Assembly: GCA_963668185.1 (NCBI GenBank) | Contig: OY764162.1 | Location: 916,754 to 980,753, forward strand | Source: Dehalococcoidia bacterium | GTDB lineage: Bacteria; Chloroflexota; Dehalococcoidia; Lucifugimonadales; G963668185 | DNA length: 64,000 bases | Direction: 5' to 3' | Part shown: positions 55,838 to 64,000 of the stretch, one piece after another | Numbering within the stretch: position 1 is the first letter of the stretch | Layout: every line of letters begins with the position of its first letter | Translations under genes and position numbers: made by a program | Notes under the pieces: generated by a model | Databases searched by the model: none | What the model was told of the DNA's origin: nothing | What the model saw: only the letters and a program-made list of their open reading frames with translations

Positions 55838-55886
55838 CTCCGAACGAAGGCCTGCACATCGGGCGAGCCGTCAGACGCTCATCGAG

Positions 55887-56045
55887 ACCTTTCCACAACC
55901 GTCATTCCGGCGCAGGCCGGAATCCAGACGCAGACCTTTCCACAACCGTCATTCCGGCGCAGGCCGGAATCCAGACGCAGACCTTTCCACAATCGTCATT
56001 CCGGCGTAGGCCGGAATCCAGACGCAGACCTTTCCATAACCGTCG
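55887..56045. repeat. 3.4 tandem copies of a 47-bp unit containing REP family A
   Basis: Unit acctttccacaaccgtcattccggcgcaggccggaatccagacgcag begins at 55887, 55934 and 55981, with a partial copy at 56028. Followed by a composite family-C element at 56073-56133. Confidence 0.9.
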
Positions 56046-56176
56046 CCTGGGCCAGTCCAGCCATTCCTTTGACCCCTTCCCCAGTCTGCGGAGCCTGCCC
56101 CGAGTCTCTCGAGGGGGAAGGCTGGGATGGGGTTACGCAAAGGCCTCCTCATGCGGGACAAGCACACCCGGCCGGT

Positions 56177-58279
56177 CTAGCCGCTCGGCGCCGCTCCGTG
56201 CCCCGCGCCGTTGGACGCGGGCGTCATGCTCTCGTCCAGGATCTCCAGCAGGTCGCGCGCCTGCTTCGTGTCCGCCGCGTCCTTCGACTCTATGCCCTCG
56301 GTCATCATCTGCAAGCAGAACGGGCACGACACGCCCACCGTATCCGCCCCCGTGTTCAGGAAGTGGTCCGTGCGTATGTGATTGACCTTCGGGCTCTCCT
56401 CCAGCATCCACATCCTGCCGCCGCCCGCGCCGCAGCAGAACGCCCGCTCCCGGTGCCTCGGCGACATCTCCACCAGTTCCAGCCCCGGAATCGCGTCCGC
56501 GATCTTCCTCGGCTCGTCGTAGATGCCGTTGTGCCGCCCGATGTAGCACGAGTCGTGGTACGCCATGACCGTATCCACGCGGCCCAGCGGCTTGATCCTG
56601 CCCTCGTCCACAAGCCCCGCCACGAACTGCGTGTAGTGCATGACCTCGTAGTTGCCGCCGAACTGCGGGTACTCGTTCTTCATCGAGTTGAAGCAGTGCG
56701 GGCAGATCGTGACGATCTTCTTCACGTCGTACCTGTTCAGCGTCTCTATGCTCTGCTCCGCCATGATCTGGAACAGGTACTCGTTCCCAAGCCGCCGCGC
56801 CGGGTCTCCGGTGCACGTCTCCTCCGCGCCCAGCACCGCGAAGTCCACGCCCGCCCGCTTCAGCACCGACGCCATGGCCCGCGCCACATTCTGGCTCCGC
56901 TCGTCCATCGCCGCCGTGCAGCCCACCCAGAACAGCGTCTCCGCCTCCGGGTGCTCGGCCAGCGTGCGCAGGTCCATCCCCTCGTACCAGTCCGTCCGCG
57001 TGAACTGCGTCCCGCGCCACGGGTGGCCGCGCTGCTCCATGTTCATCAGCGCCTCCATCGCCGTGTCCGGGATGTTCGCCTGTTCCAGCACCAGGTTCCT
57101 GCGCATGTCCACGATGCTGTCGATGTGGTCGATGAACACCGGGCAAGCCTGGATGCAGGCCATGCACGTCGTGCACGACCACACCGCCTCCGGATCGACG
57201 TACGAGAACACGTCCCTCTCCGGCGGGGGCGGCTCCTCCCCGTTCTTCTTCGCCGCCAGCAGCGCCGGCGAGCGGTCGGTCGAGTACGTCCGCAGGTCCT
57301 GGATAATCTTGCGCGGCGACAGCACCTTGCCGCTCGCGTGCGCCGGGCACTGGTCCTGGCACCGGCCGCAGTTCGTGCACGCGTCGAAGTCGATAAGCTG
57401 CTTCCACGTGAAGTCCGGCAGGTCGCTCGCGCCGAACCGTTCCAGCGACATGAAGTCCCCCATCGGGCGCAGCGTTCCGTGCCCCCGCGCCGGGCGCAGG
57501 AACGCGTTCATCGGCGCGAAGAAGATGTGGCTAACCTTCGTGAAGTTGATCGCCATGTACGCGAACACCGCCGCCGTCCCCGCCGCGTGCACCCAGTACG
57601 TGACCTGGTACGTGAGTATCATCACGTCCTCGGACGCCCCCCGGAACATCAGCGAGAACACGTACCCGCCCGGAGCCGCCCACACCGGCCCGTCCAGCGT
57701 GCCGTCCAGCCGCGTGCCCTCGATCCGAATGCCCTCCACGATGAACCCCGTCAGTATCAGGCTCATCAGGAACGCCAGGAACACGTGGTCCTCCACGAAC
57801 GTGTTCAGCCTCGAAGGCTTCATGAAGTACCGCCGGACGATCGCCATCGACACGCCGATGAACGCGAAGATCCCCCCGAACACGTCCCACACGAAGTCCT
57901 CTTGCACCCTGAACCGCGCCGTCGGGAAGTCGAAGTCGAACGGGTTCAGCTTGTGAAACTGGAACTCCAGCATCCCGATCGTCGTCGCCGCGAACAGGAA
58001 CAGGAAGCCCCAGAAGATGAAGAAGTGCATCAGCCCCGGGTACAGCTCGCGCTTGATGAACCGTCTGTGCCCGAAGATGTCCATGCCCGCCAGCTTCATC
58101 GACCGCTTGACCCGCTCTCCCCACGGGCCCAGGTCCGCGTACTCCCTGCCCAGCCGCCAGATGCGCGCCCGCTGCCAGATCGCCCACCCGAACGCCAGCG
58201 GCGTGACGATAAGCAGCGTGTACACCAGCACCCCCCAAAGCGGGTACCCGATGTTCCAGAACTCTTCCCTGCCTGGCAT
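56177..58279 (-). CDS. Membrane-bound (Fe-S) oxidoreductase: NarI/DsrM-like TM domain + 2x[4Fe-4S] + two CCG (HdrD/GlpC-like) domains
   Basis: Hydrophobic N-terminal ~250 aa. 'CTNCGRCQDQCP' and 'CTTCMACIQACP' ferredoxin motifs. C-terminal 'FCCGAGGG' and 'CPFC' CCG-type motifs. Confidence 0.8.
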   Translation of the reverse strand: MPGREEFWNIGYPLWGVLVYTLLIVTPLAFGWAIWQRARIWRLGREYADLGPWGERVKRSMKLAGMDIFGHRRFIKRELYPGLMHFFIFWGFLFLFAATTIGMLEFQFHKLNPFDFDFPTARFRVQEDFVWDVFGGIFAFIGVSMAIVRRYFMKPSRLNTFVEDHVFLAFLMSLILTGFIVEGIRIEGTRLDGTLDGPVWAAPGGYVFSLMFRGASEDVMILTYQVTYWVHAAGTAAVFAYMAINFTKVSHIFFAPMNAFLRPARGHGTLRPMGDFMSLERFGASDLPDFTWKQLIDFDACTNCGRCQDQCPAHASGKVLSPRKIIQDLRTYSTDRSPALLAAKKNGEEPPPPERDVFSYVDPEAVWSCTTCMACIQACPVFIDHIDSIVDMRRNLVLEQANIPDTAMEALMNMEQRGHPWRGTQFTRTDWYEGMDLRTLAEHPEAETLFWVGCTAAMDERSQNVARAMASVLKRAGVDFAVLGAEETCTGDPARRLGNEYLFQIMAEQSIETLNRYDVKKIVTICPHCFNSMKNEYPQFGGNYEVMHYTQFVAGLVDEGRIKPLGRVDTVMAYHDSCYIGRHNGIYDEPRKIADAIPGLELVEMSPRHRERAFCCGAGGGRMWMLEESPKVNHIRTDHFLNTGADTVGVSCPFCLQMMTEGIESKDAADTKQARDLLEILDESMTPASNGAGHGAAPSG

Positions 58280-58289
58280 CTAAGCCCGT

Positions 58290-58560
58290 CCTCTCACACA
58301 GCTTCCGTCCCAACCGTAACCGTAGGGGCGCTTCGAGAAGCGCCCTCCCCGCGCCGTCATTCCCGCGCAGGCGGGAATCCATCCGCCACAACGGCCCACC
58401 GCAGCAACTCGCCGAACCGCCGCAATTGTAGTTTCGACAGCTAGGCCGGTCAAGCGCGCCGCCCCCGCCCCTCCCACTGTCATTCCGAGTCCCCCGAGGA
58501 ATCTCAGACGCCCCGCACTCCACCAACCCCGCGCCACGGCAACCCGCCCCGTTCGCCCTG
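58290..58560. repeat. REP-like element cluster (families D, A, E)
   Basis: gtaggggcgcttcgagaagcgccc, gtcattcccgcgcaggcgggaatcc and tgtcattccgagtcccccgaggaatc... (58478-58535). The last is repeated at 61131-61188. Confidence 0.8.
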
Positions 58561-58627
58561 AACCCCGGCGAACCACGCCCCCAAACCCCCTTCCAACCCC
58601 CGCCCGATCATGGCACAATGCAACATT

Positions 58628-58766
58628 ATCGTAACGCAGCGGCGCGCACGCCCATCCATTGCCCGCCGGAAGGCCGCATCGAATACATGACACCACATCG
58701 TAACGCAACGACGCGCCCGCCCTACCATCGCCCGCGACAGGGCCGCATCCAACGTATGACGCCCAC
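58628..58766 (+). repeat. Two tandem ~69-bp direct repeats immediately upstream of the GLUG-protein gene
   Basis: 58628-58696 and 58697-58766 both begin atcgtaacgca.cg.cgcgc and end ggccgcatc..a...atgac.cc.ac, roughly three-quarters identical by eye. Followed by AAGGAG and the GTG start at 58788. Confidence 0.75.
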
Positions 58767-58787
58767 CACCCGCAAGGAGACAACGCA

Positions 58788-61019
58788 GTGAACCGACACC
58801 ACATACGCCCGATACTCGCCACGCTCGCAATCGCCCTCGCCGCCGGCCTCACCGCCCTGCTCGGCGGCGCGGCCTCCGCCCAGACCGCCGACCGCGACTA
58901 CGACACGGACAACGACAACCTCATCGAGATAACGACGCTGGAGCAGTTGGCCGCCATCAACTACGACCTGAACGGCGACGGCGCGGCTCCGAGCGATGTA
59001 AATGCCTACGCCGCCGCCTTCCCCGACCGGGCCACCGACATGGGTTGCCTAGCCGACTGCACCGGCTACGAACTGGCCCGGAGCCTCGACTTCAACGCGG
59101 ACTCCAGCTACGCCGACGCGAATACTAACAAGACCGCCTGGACCACCGGCGCCGGCTGGACGCCCCTCGGCCTAACCAATGCGCCGTTCACGGGGACCTT
59201 CCACGGCAACGGCCACACCATATCCAACCTGTACGTCAACATAACCGAAACCGTCACAGCCCCTGTGACGGGTATTGCGCACGCCGGGCTGTTCGGCAGC
59301 AGCGACGGCGTGGTGAGGAACGTGGGCGTGACCGGCTCGGTTACGGCCACCATAGAAATAGTGGGAGTCGCCACGGTGGATTCCTACGCGGGCGGGCTGG
59401 CCGCGCGCAGCGCCGGCAAGATAACCGACAGTTGGGCCGCCGTCACAGTGAAAGCGGACGCCACCGGCCCGAGTGGAGCCGCCGTGACCGCCCACGCCGG
59501 CGGACTGGTGGGCGAAGTCGGCGGCACGGGCGTCATCCTGCGCAGCTTCGCCCTGGGCGACGTGACAGCCGACGACGCTCCCGGCGGCAACAACTCTTTC
59601 GCCAACGCCGGAGGACTGGTGGGGCAGAACACCGAGCGCATCGGCGCGTCCTTCGCGACCGGGGTTGTCAAGGCCGTCTCCGTCTCTGGAACCGCCTCAG
59701 CCGGCGGGCTGGTGGGCAATAATGCTACTGGCGGTACAGTGGTGTCGGCCAGCTACGCCACAGGCAGAGCCGAGGCCACGAGCAACCACGTCCAGTACGC
59801 CGGCGGGCTCGCCGGCAGGAACAGCGGGACCATCGGGGCCAGCTACTCGCGGGGGGCCGCCGCCGCCACGGGCCAAGGCACAGACGGCGGCAATGCGGGC
59901 GGCCTAGCCGGGAGCGGCACGGCGGACATCAGCTACTGGGACACGCAGACGTCGGGGATCATTGCCATAGGCGCGGGAACGGGCAAGACGACTGCGGAGT
60001 TGCAGGCGCCCACGGCGTACGGCACGACGCCGGACATCTACGCCGCCTGGAACGTGGACTACGACAACACCCCCGGAGAGGACGACCCGTGGTTCTTCGG
60101 CACGGCGACCGACTACCCGCGCCTCAAGGGCTTCGAGCCCATGCTCGACGGCGTGACCGTCCCCTCCTCGGGGACGCCCGGCGCAGGCGACATAGTGACG
60201 GTGATCGTGACCTTCGACAAGCTCGTAAAGGTAGTGAGCGGCAACGGCAAACCGTCGCTGGCCATCGCCGTCGGCGACGAGACGCGCACCGCGTCGTACG
60301 TCGGAACCCCCGGCACAGCCTCAAAGTGGCTCCCGTTCGCCTACACCGTCGCCCGCGGCGACAACGGCCCCGTAACCGTGCCGGACGGCGAGATCGCGCT
60401 GAACGGCGGCACGATAACCGACCTGTCCGAATTGAACCCGCCCCTGAGCCTGGCCTTCACGGACGCGTCCGTCCCGGCGGACCTCAACGCGGTAACCGTG
60501 CCGTTCGACACGACCAAGCCGTCGGTCAGGTACAAGCCGCCGTCCTCGCTCACCGTCGGCCAGCGCATCCGCACCATCGTCCCGATCACCGACGACACGG
60601 ACATCGTGTCGTACAAGCTGAAGGAAGGCTCCTTCCTGCCGCGCACCCTGCGCCTCGACCCGGAGACCGGCTACATCACCGGCCGCCCCACAAGGGCCAT
60701 AGGGCGCGCAACCACAGTCACCATCATAGTCTGCGACAACGAGGTCGACGCCAGCGGCAACAATCCCAACCCCAACTGCGCCGAAGTCACCCTCAAACTC
60801 CCCGCCATAATCGACGAGGAAGCGGACGCCCCACCCCCCGAGCCCCAGCTCCCCGAAGTCCCCCCGCTGGACCTCTCCAGCATAACCGTAGGCGATGCCG
60901 CGCCAACGCCAACCCTCCTCCTAGCCCTCGCCGGGGCAGGCGCCGCCCTTCTCCTAACCGGCATCGGCACGGCAGCAGTGCGACAGCGCGCCCCCTCCCG
61001 CCGTCGCCGCCGCACATAA
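58788..61019 (+). CDS. Secreted GLUG-motif repeat surface protein with He_PIG-like Ig domain and C-terminal TM/basic anchor
   Basis: Signal peptide 'ILATLAIALAAGLTALLGGAASAQTA'. Multiple 'AGGLVG/AGGLAG' GLUG motifs. 'LDPETGYITGRPT' putative Ig-domain motif. The C-terminus is hydrophobic 'LLLALAGAGAALLLTGIGTAAV' plus 'RQRAPSRRRRRT'. Confidence 0.7.
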   Translation: MNRHHIRPILATLAIALAAGLTALLGGAASAQTADRDYDTDNDNLIEITTLEQLAAINYDLNGDGAAPSDVNAYAAAFPDRATDMGCLADCTGYELARSLDFNADSSYADANTNKTAWTTGAGWTPLGLTNAPFTGTFHGNGHTISNLYVNITETVTAPVTGIAHAGLFGSSDGVVRNVGVTGSVTATIEIVGVATVDSYAGGLAARSAGKITDSWAAVTVKADATGPSGAAVTAHAGGLVGEVGGTGVILRSFALGDVTADDAPGGNNSFANAGGLVGQNTERIGASFATGVVKAVSVSGTASAGGLVGNNATGGTVVSASYATGRAEATSNHVQYAGGLAGRNSGTIGASYSRGAAAATGQGTDGGNAGGLAGSGTADISYWDTQTSGIIAIGAGTGKTTAELQAPTAYGTTPDIYAAWNVDYDNTPGEDDPWFFGTATDYPRLKGFEPMLDGVTVPSSGTPGAGDIVTVIVTFDKLVKVVSGNGKPSLAIAVGDETRTASYVGTPGTASKWLPFAYTVARGDNGPVTVPDGEIALNGGTITDLSELNPPLSLAFTDASVPADLNAVTVPFDTTKPSVRYKPPSSLTVGQRIRTIVPITDDTDIVSYKLKEGSFLPRTLRLDPETGYITGRPTRAIGRATTVTIIVCDNEVDASGNNPNPNCAEVTLKLPAIIDEEADAPPPEPQLPEVPPLDLSSITVGDAAPTPTLLLALAGAGAALLLTGIGTAAVRQRAPSRRRRRT

Positions 61020-61360
61020 CCGCACACAAACAACCATCGTAGGGGCGGGTTTCAAACCCGCCCCTACACCCACGTTCGCCCTGACTCCCTCAGGTGTAGG
61101 GGCGCTTCGCGAAGCGCCCGCCCCTCCCCCTGTCATTCCGAGTCCCCCGAGGAATCCAAGACGCCCCGCGCTCCACCAACGCCGCGCCCCGGCCAAACGC
61201 GCGTCTCGCCGGGGGCGGGGGCCGGCGGCGTGCGGGAGGCCTTGGATTCCTCTCTCGCTTCGCTCGATCGGAATGACAGCAAAGGCCGTTCGCCCTGACT
61301 CCCCCAGGCGTAGGGGCGCTTCGCGAAGCGCCCGCCCCGCTCCGTTCGCCCCGAACACCA
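61020..61360. repeat. REP-like element cluster (families D, E, B)
   Basis: Palindrome gtaggggcgggtttcaaacccgcccctac (61039-61067), two copies of gtaggggcgcttcgcgaagcgccc, tgtcattccgagtcccccgaggaatcc (61131-) and an inverted variant ggattcctctctcgcttcgctcgatcggaatgaca (61245-61278). Confidence 0.85.
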
Positions 61361-61487
61361 CGAAGGGGCCGCCCGCATATCTGGCATTCGCAACGGCCCC
61401 TGCCGTAACATAGCCGCACGAATTACATACCGGCGCGCAGCCTGTGCCGACGGACCGCCGCCTGATCGCCGCCGCCTTCTTGGCGTT

Positions 61488-63434
61488 GTGACAGCCTTGC
61501 CAGACACCCCCATACAGATTTCAGACACCACCTTCAGGGACGGCCACCAGAGCCTGCTCGCCACCCGGCTGCGCACCGAGGACATGGTCCCCATCGCCGC
61601 CCTGATGGACAGCATCGGCTTTTACTCCATGGAGGTCTGGGGCGGCGCGACGTTCGACGCGGCCACGCGCTTCCTCGGCGAAGACCCGTGGGAGCGCCTC
61701 CGCACATTCCGCAAGCTCATGCCGAACACCCGCCTGTCCATGCTGCTGAGGGGACAGGCCCTCGTCGGATACCGCCCATACGCCGACGACGTCGTGGACG
61801 CGTTCGTAGAGCGGTCGGCGGAGAACGGCATCGACATATTCCGCGTGTTCGACAGCCTCAACGACGAGTACAACCTCGAAAGAGCCGCAGCCGCCGTCAA
61901 GTCGTCCGGCAAGCATCTCCAGATGACCATCTGCTACTCCGTCACCGAAGAGGGGCGCATGGGCGGCCCCATCTACAACCTGGACTACTTCCTCGACAAG
62001 GCCCGCCGCTTCGCCGCGTTCGGCGCGGACAGCCTCTGCATCAAGGACATGGCCGGCCTCCTCGCCCCCTACGACGCCCGCGACCTCGTCAACGCGCTCA
62101 AGGACGCGCTGGACGTGCCGATCCAGCTGCACACACACTACACGAGCGGCATGGCCTCGATGTCCGTCCTCATGGCCATCGACGCCGGCATAGACACCGT
62201 CGACGCCGCCCTCGCGCCTCTCGCGCTCCGCACCTCGCAGCCGGCCGTCGAGCCGCTCATCGCGTCGCTGGCCGGCAGGCCCCGGGACCCGGGCCTCGAC
62301 CTCGGCAAGATAACCGAGGCGGGCGCGCACCTTGAGAAAGTCCTGCCCAGGTACGCCGATCTCCTCAAAAGCCCTCGCGCCGCCGTCATCGACACCGACG
62401 TGCTCAGCCACCAGATACCCGGCGGCATGGCTAGCAACCTCCTGTCCCAGTTGCGGCAGGCGAACGCCCTCGACCGTCTCGACGAAGTGCTGGCCGAGAT
62501 TCCGAAGACCCGCAAGGACCTCGGCTATCCGCCCCTCGTCACGCCGATGAGCCAGATGATCGGCACCCAGTCCGTCAGCAACGTCCTGATGGGCCGCTAC
62601 AAGATGATCTCAGACCAGGTCAAAGACTACGTCCGCGGCATGTACGGACGCCCGCCCAGCAAGCTCGATCCGTCCACGGTGGATGTCGTCCTGAACGATG
62701 CCGGCGCCGGCCACGTGGAAGGACGCCCGGCCGACCTCCTGGAACCGGAGCTGGAGGCGGCGAAGGACGCGGTCCAGGACATTTCGACCGACATCGACGA
62801 CGCCCTGATCTACGCCCTGTACCCCACCACCGGCATGAGGTTCCTGAAGATCAAGCACGGCCTGGAGCCGATGCCGGACGAGATGAAGCCGCCCGCTCCC
62901 GTCGAAGCGCAGGACGCCGCTTCGACCACTGTGAAGGCCCCGGCGGTAGCCGCGGAGAAGAGCCCCGCCGCGCGCCGCTTCAACGTTTACGTCGGCGAGC
63001 GCATGTACGAGGTGGCGGTCGATCCGTTGGACGGCGCGGCCCCCGCGATCGTCGCGTCCGGCGCGGCGCACCGGCCGGCCCCTGCGCCCGCGCCGACAGG
63101 CGACGGCCGGCAGCCCGCGCGCGAGAGGACAGCCGCTCGCCGGAGGCCGCCCGCTCCGCGCAAGCCCGCGCAGGCCCCGGCCGCCGCCGCGCCTCCGTCT
63201 TCGCCGGGCGGCGGCGACGCCCAGCTCACGGCGCCCATGCCCGGTATCGTGCTGCGCCACGTCGCCAAAGTTGGCGCACAGGTCAACGAAGGCGACCCCG
63301 TCCTGATTCTGGAAGCCATGAAGATGGAAAACGCCCTGCCCTCGCCGGTAAGCGGCGTGGTGAAGGAGCTGCCCGCCGACGTGGGCGCGAGCGTCGCGAC
63401 CAACGACGTGCTTGCGGTCATTTCGGCCGGCTAG
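61488..63434 (+). CDS. Oxaloacetate decarboxylase alpha / pyruvate carboxylase subunit B-type carboxyltransferase with C-terminal biotinyl domain
   Basis: 'ISDTTFRDGHQS' and 'HTHYTSGMA' (HMGL-like TIM barrel). Pro/Ala-rich linker and biotin attachment 'LEAMKMEN'. Confidence 0.88.
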   Translation: MTALPDTPIQISDTTFRDGHQSLLATRLRTEDMVPIAALMDSIGFYSMEVWGGATFDAATRFLGEDPWERLRTFRKLMPNTRLSMLLRGQALVGYRPYADDVVDAFVERSAENGIDIFRVFDSLNDEYNLERAAAAVKSSGKHLQMTICYSVTEEGRMGGPIYNLDYFLDKARRFAAFGADSLCIKDMAGLLAPYDARDLVNALKDALDVPIQLHTHYTSGMASMSVLMAIDAGIDTVDAALAPLALRTSQPAVEPLIASLAGRPRDPGLDLGKITEAGAHLEKVLPRYADLLKSPRAAVIDTDVLSHQIPGGMASNLLSQLRQANALDRLDEVLAEIPKTRKDLGYPPLVTPMSQMIGTQSVSNVLMGRYKMISDQVKDYVRGMYGRPPSKLDPSTVDVVLNDAGAGHVEGRPADLLEPELEAAKDAVQDISTDIDDALIYALYPTTGMRFLKIKHGLEPMPDEMKPPAPVEAQDAASTTVKAPAVAAEKSPAARRFNVYVGERMYEVAVDPLDGAAPAIVASGAAHRPAPAPAPTGDGRQPARERTAARRRPPAPRKPAQAPAAAAPPSSPGGGDAQLTAPMPGIVLRHVAKVGAQVNEGDPVLILEAMKMENALPSPVSGVVKELPADVGASVATNDVLAVISAG

Positions 63435-63455
63435 AAAGGTACGCTGACGCCGAAG

Positions 63456-64000
63456 ATGAGCACAACACAGACGGCAGAGATAGTAGAGGCCGCTCGCGCC
63501 CACTTCGGCGAAATCGTCGAACAGCAACTCGCCAGGGTGGCCCGGCTCAGGCAGGACACCGCCCGCACCGACTACTCGAAGCTCCGCCCCGTAGAAATCG
63601 GCATCATTGGCGGCGACGGCATCGGCCCCGCCATCGCGCACGAGACCCGGACCGTCCTCGAACGCCTCCTCCGCGCCGAGGTTGAGAACGGCGCGGTACG
63701 CTTTCACGACATCGAGGGCCTGACAATCGAGAACCGCGCCGAGAAGATGCAGTCCATCCCGGACGACGTCATGGCCCAGATCAAGTCGTGCCACGTCACG
63801 CTCAAGGGCCCAACGCACACCCCTGAGCAGGGCGACGGCTGGCCCAACCTTGAGAGCGCGAACGTCGTCATGCGCAAGGAGCTTGACCTGTTCGCCAACA
63901 TCCGGCCCGTGCGCATCCCGCAGGAAGGCATCGACTGGACGATCTTCCGCGAGAACACCGAGGACATGTACGCCGTCGGCAGCCAGGGCATCCACGTCAC
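63456..64000 (+). CDS. Isocitrate/isopropylmalate dehydrogenase-family protein (5' part, runs off the window)
   Basis: Not in the track because it has no stop. The ATG at 63456 opens 'MSTTQ...IGIIGGDGIGPAI...LKGPTHTP...SANVVMRKELDLFANIRPV', typical of the IDH/IPMDH family. Confidence 0.75.
   Translation, partial: MSTTQTAEIVEAARAHFGEIVEQQLARVARLRQDTARTDYSKLRPVEIGIIGGDGIGPAIAHETRTVLERLLRAEVENGAVRFHDIEGLTIENRAEKMQSIPDDVMAQIKSCHVTLKGPTHTPEQGDGWPNLESANVVMRKELDLFANIRPVRIPQEGIDWTIFRENTEDMYAVGSQGIHV

Noticed and set aside
55887-56045. Regularly spaced 47-bp repeats considered as a possible CRISPR array
   Set aside because: The units abut one another with no unique spacers, since the period equals the repeat length. 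The repeat is REP family A, found dispersed elsewhere, and there are no cas genes in the window.
54815-58444. 1209-aa ORF on the plus strand, the longest in the track
   Set aside because: It runs antisense to the clearly homologous E1-alpha and Fe-S oxidoreductase genes and across REP clusters. Its Arg/Pro/His/Val-rich low-complexity translation is typical of shadow ORFs in high-GC DNA, and it has no recognisable motifs.
58280-58852. 190-aa and 108-aa minus-strand ORFs between the Fe-S oxidoreductase gene and the GLUG gene
   Set aside because: They are composed of REP elements and the 69-bp tandem repeats. Translations such as 'IPACAGMT' are the signature of palindromic repeat read-through.
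60954-61615. 135-, 109- and 160-aa minus-strand ORFs after the GLUG gene
   Set aside because: They lie entirely within the REP cluster 61020-61360 and the upstream region of the carboxyltransferase gene, with repeat-derived peptides and no RBS.
62610-63995. 461-aa ORF on the minus strand
   Set aside because: It is antisense to the carboxyltransferase/biotinyl-domain gene and to the IDH/IPMDH-family gene, both of which have unmistakable family motifs on the plus strand.

Overview
High-GC bacterial chromosomal segment; hand-counted 60-nt sample lines give about 65-73% GC in core genes. No tRNA, rRNA or CRISPR array was recognised. A Terrabacteria or Chloroflexota-like origin is a weak inference from a T-box leader, a PyrR attenuator and the gene content. 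Most of the window is housekeeping: a pyrimidine operon (pyrR-pyrB-pyrC ... carA-carB), mug, thpR, a Gfo/Idh/MocA-ThuA-TIM-barrel sugar operon, panBC, a CaCA exchanger, a DMGDH-like flavoenzyme, ftsY, hom, rpsF-ssb-rpsR, two class-III aminotransferases, ileS, galU, a 2-oxoacid dehydrogenase E1a/E1b/E2 operon, a membrane Fe-S oxidoreductase, an oxaloacetate-decarboxylase/pyruvate-carboxylase B-type subunit and a partial IDH/IPMDH-family gene. Several visibly AT-richer accessory pieces are superimposed on this. (1) The best candidate for an undescribed or poorly described system is a 3-gene island at 45.9-49.2 kb, made of a DUF262/ParB-like protein, a DUF3696-type AAA ATPase and a 310-aa protein with no recognisable domain, wedged between the ileS T-box leader and a degenerate carbamoyltransferase paralog. 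(2) A 5-gene cassette (DUF2283, a NucS-like nuclease with two DUF4268-like repeats, a Phd-like protein, DUF433, a DUF5615 PIN-like protein) splits the pyr operon between pyrC and carA. (3) An orphan 74-aa gene sits between carA and carB and appears translationally coupled to carB. (4) An IS481-family element lies next to a decayed hicAB pair. The intergenic space is saturated with several families of GC-rich palindromic REP-like elements and a ~115-125 bp MITE-like element whose ends resemble the IS481 inverted repeat. These repeats create many spurious ORFs in the six-frame track, and at one site they are read in frame as a C-terminal tail of E1-alpha. Other points of note are a helically phased GGGACAT heptamer array upstream of the sugar operon, a secreted acidic protein built from ten 51-bp tandem repeats next to a kinase-like gene, and an S18 with a long Ala/Pro-rich N-terminal extension. 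All functional calls rest on motif recognition by eye. No database search was run.
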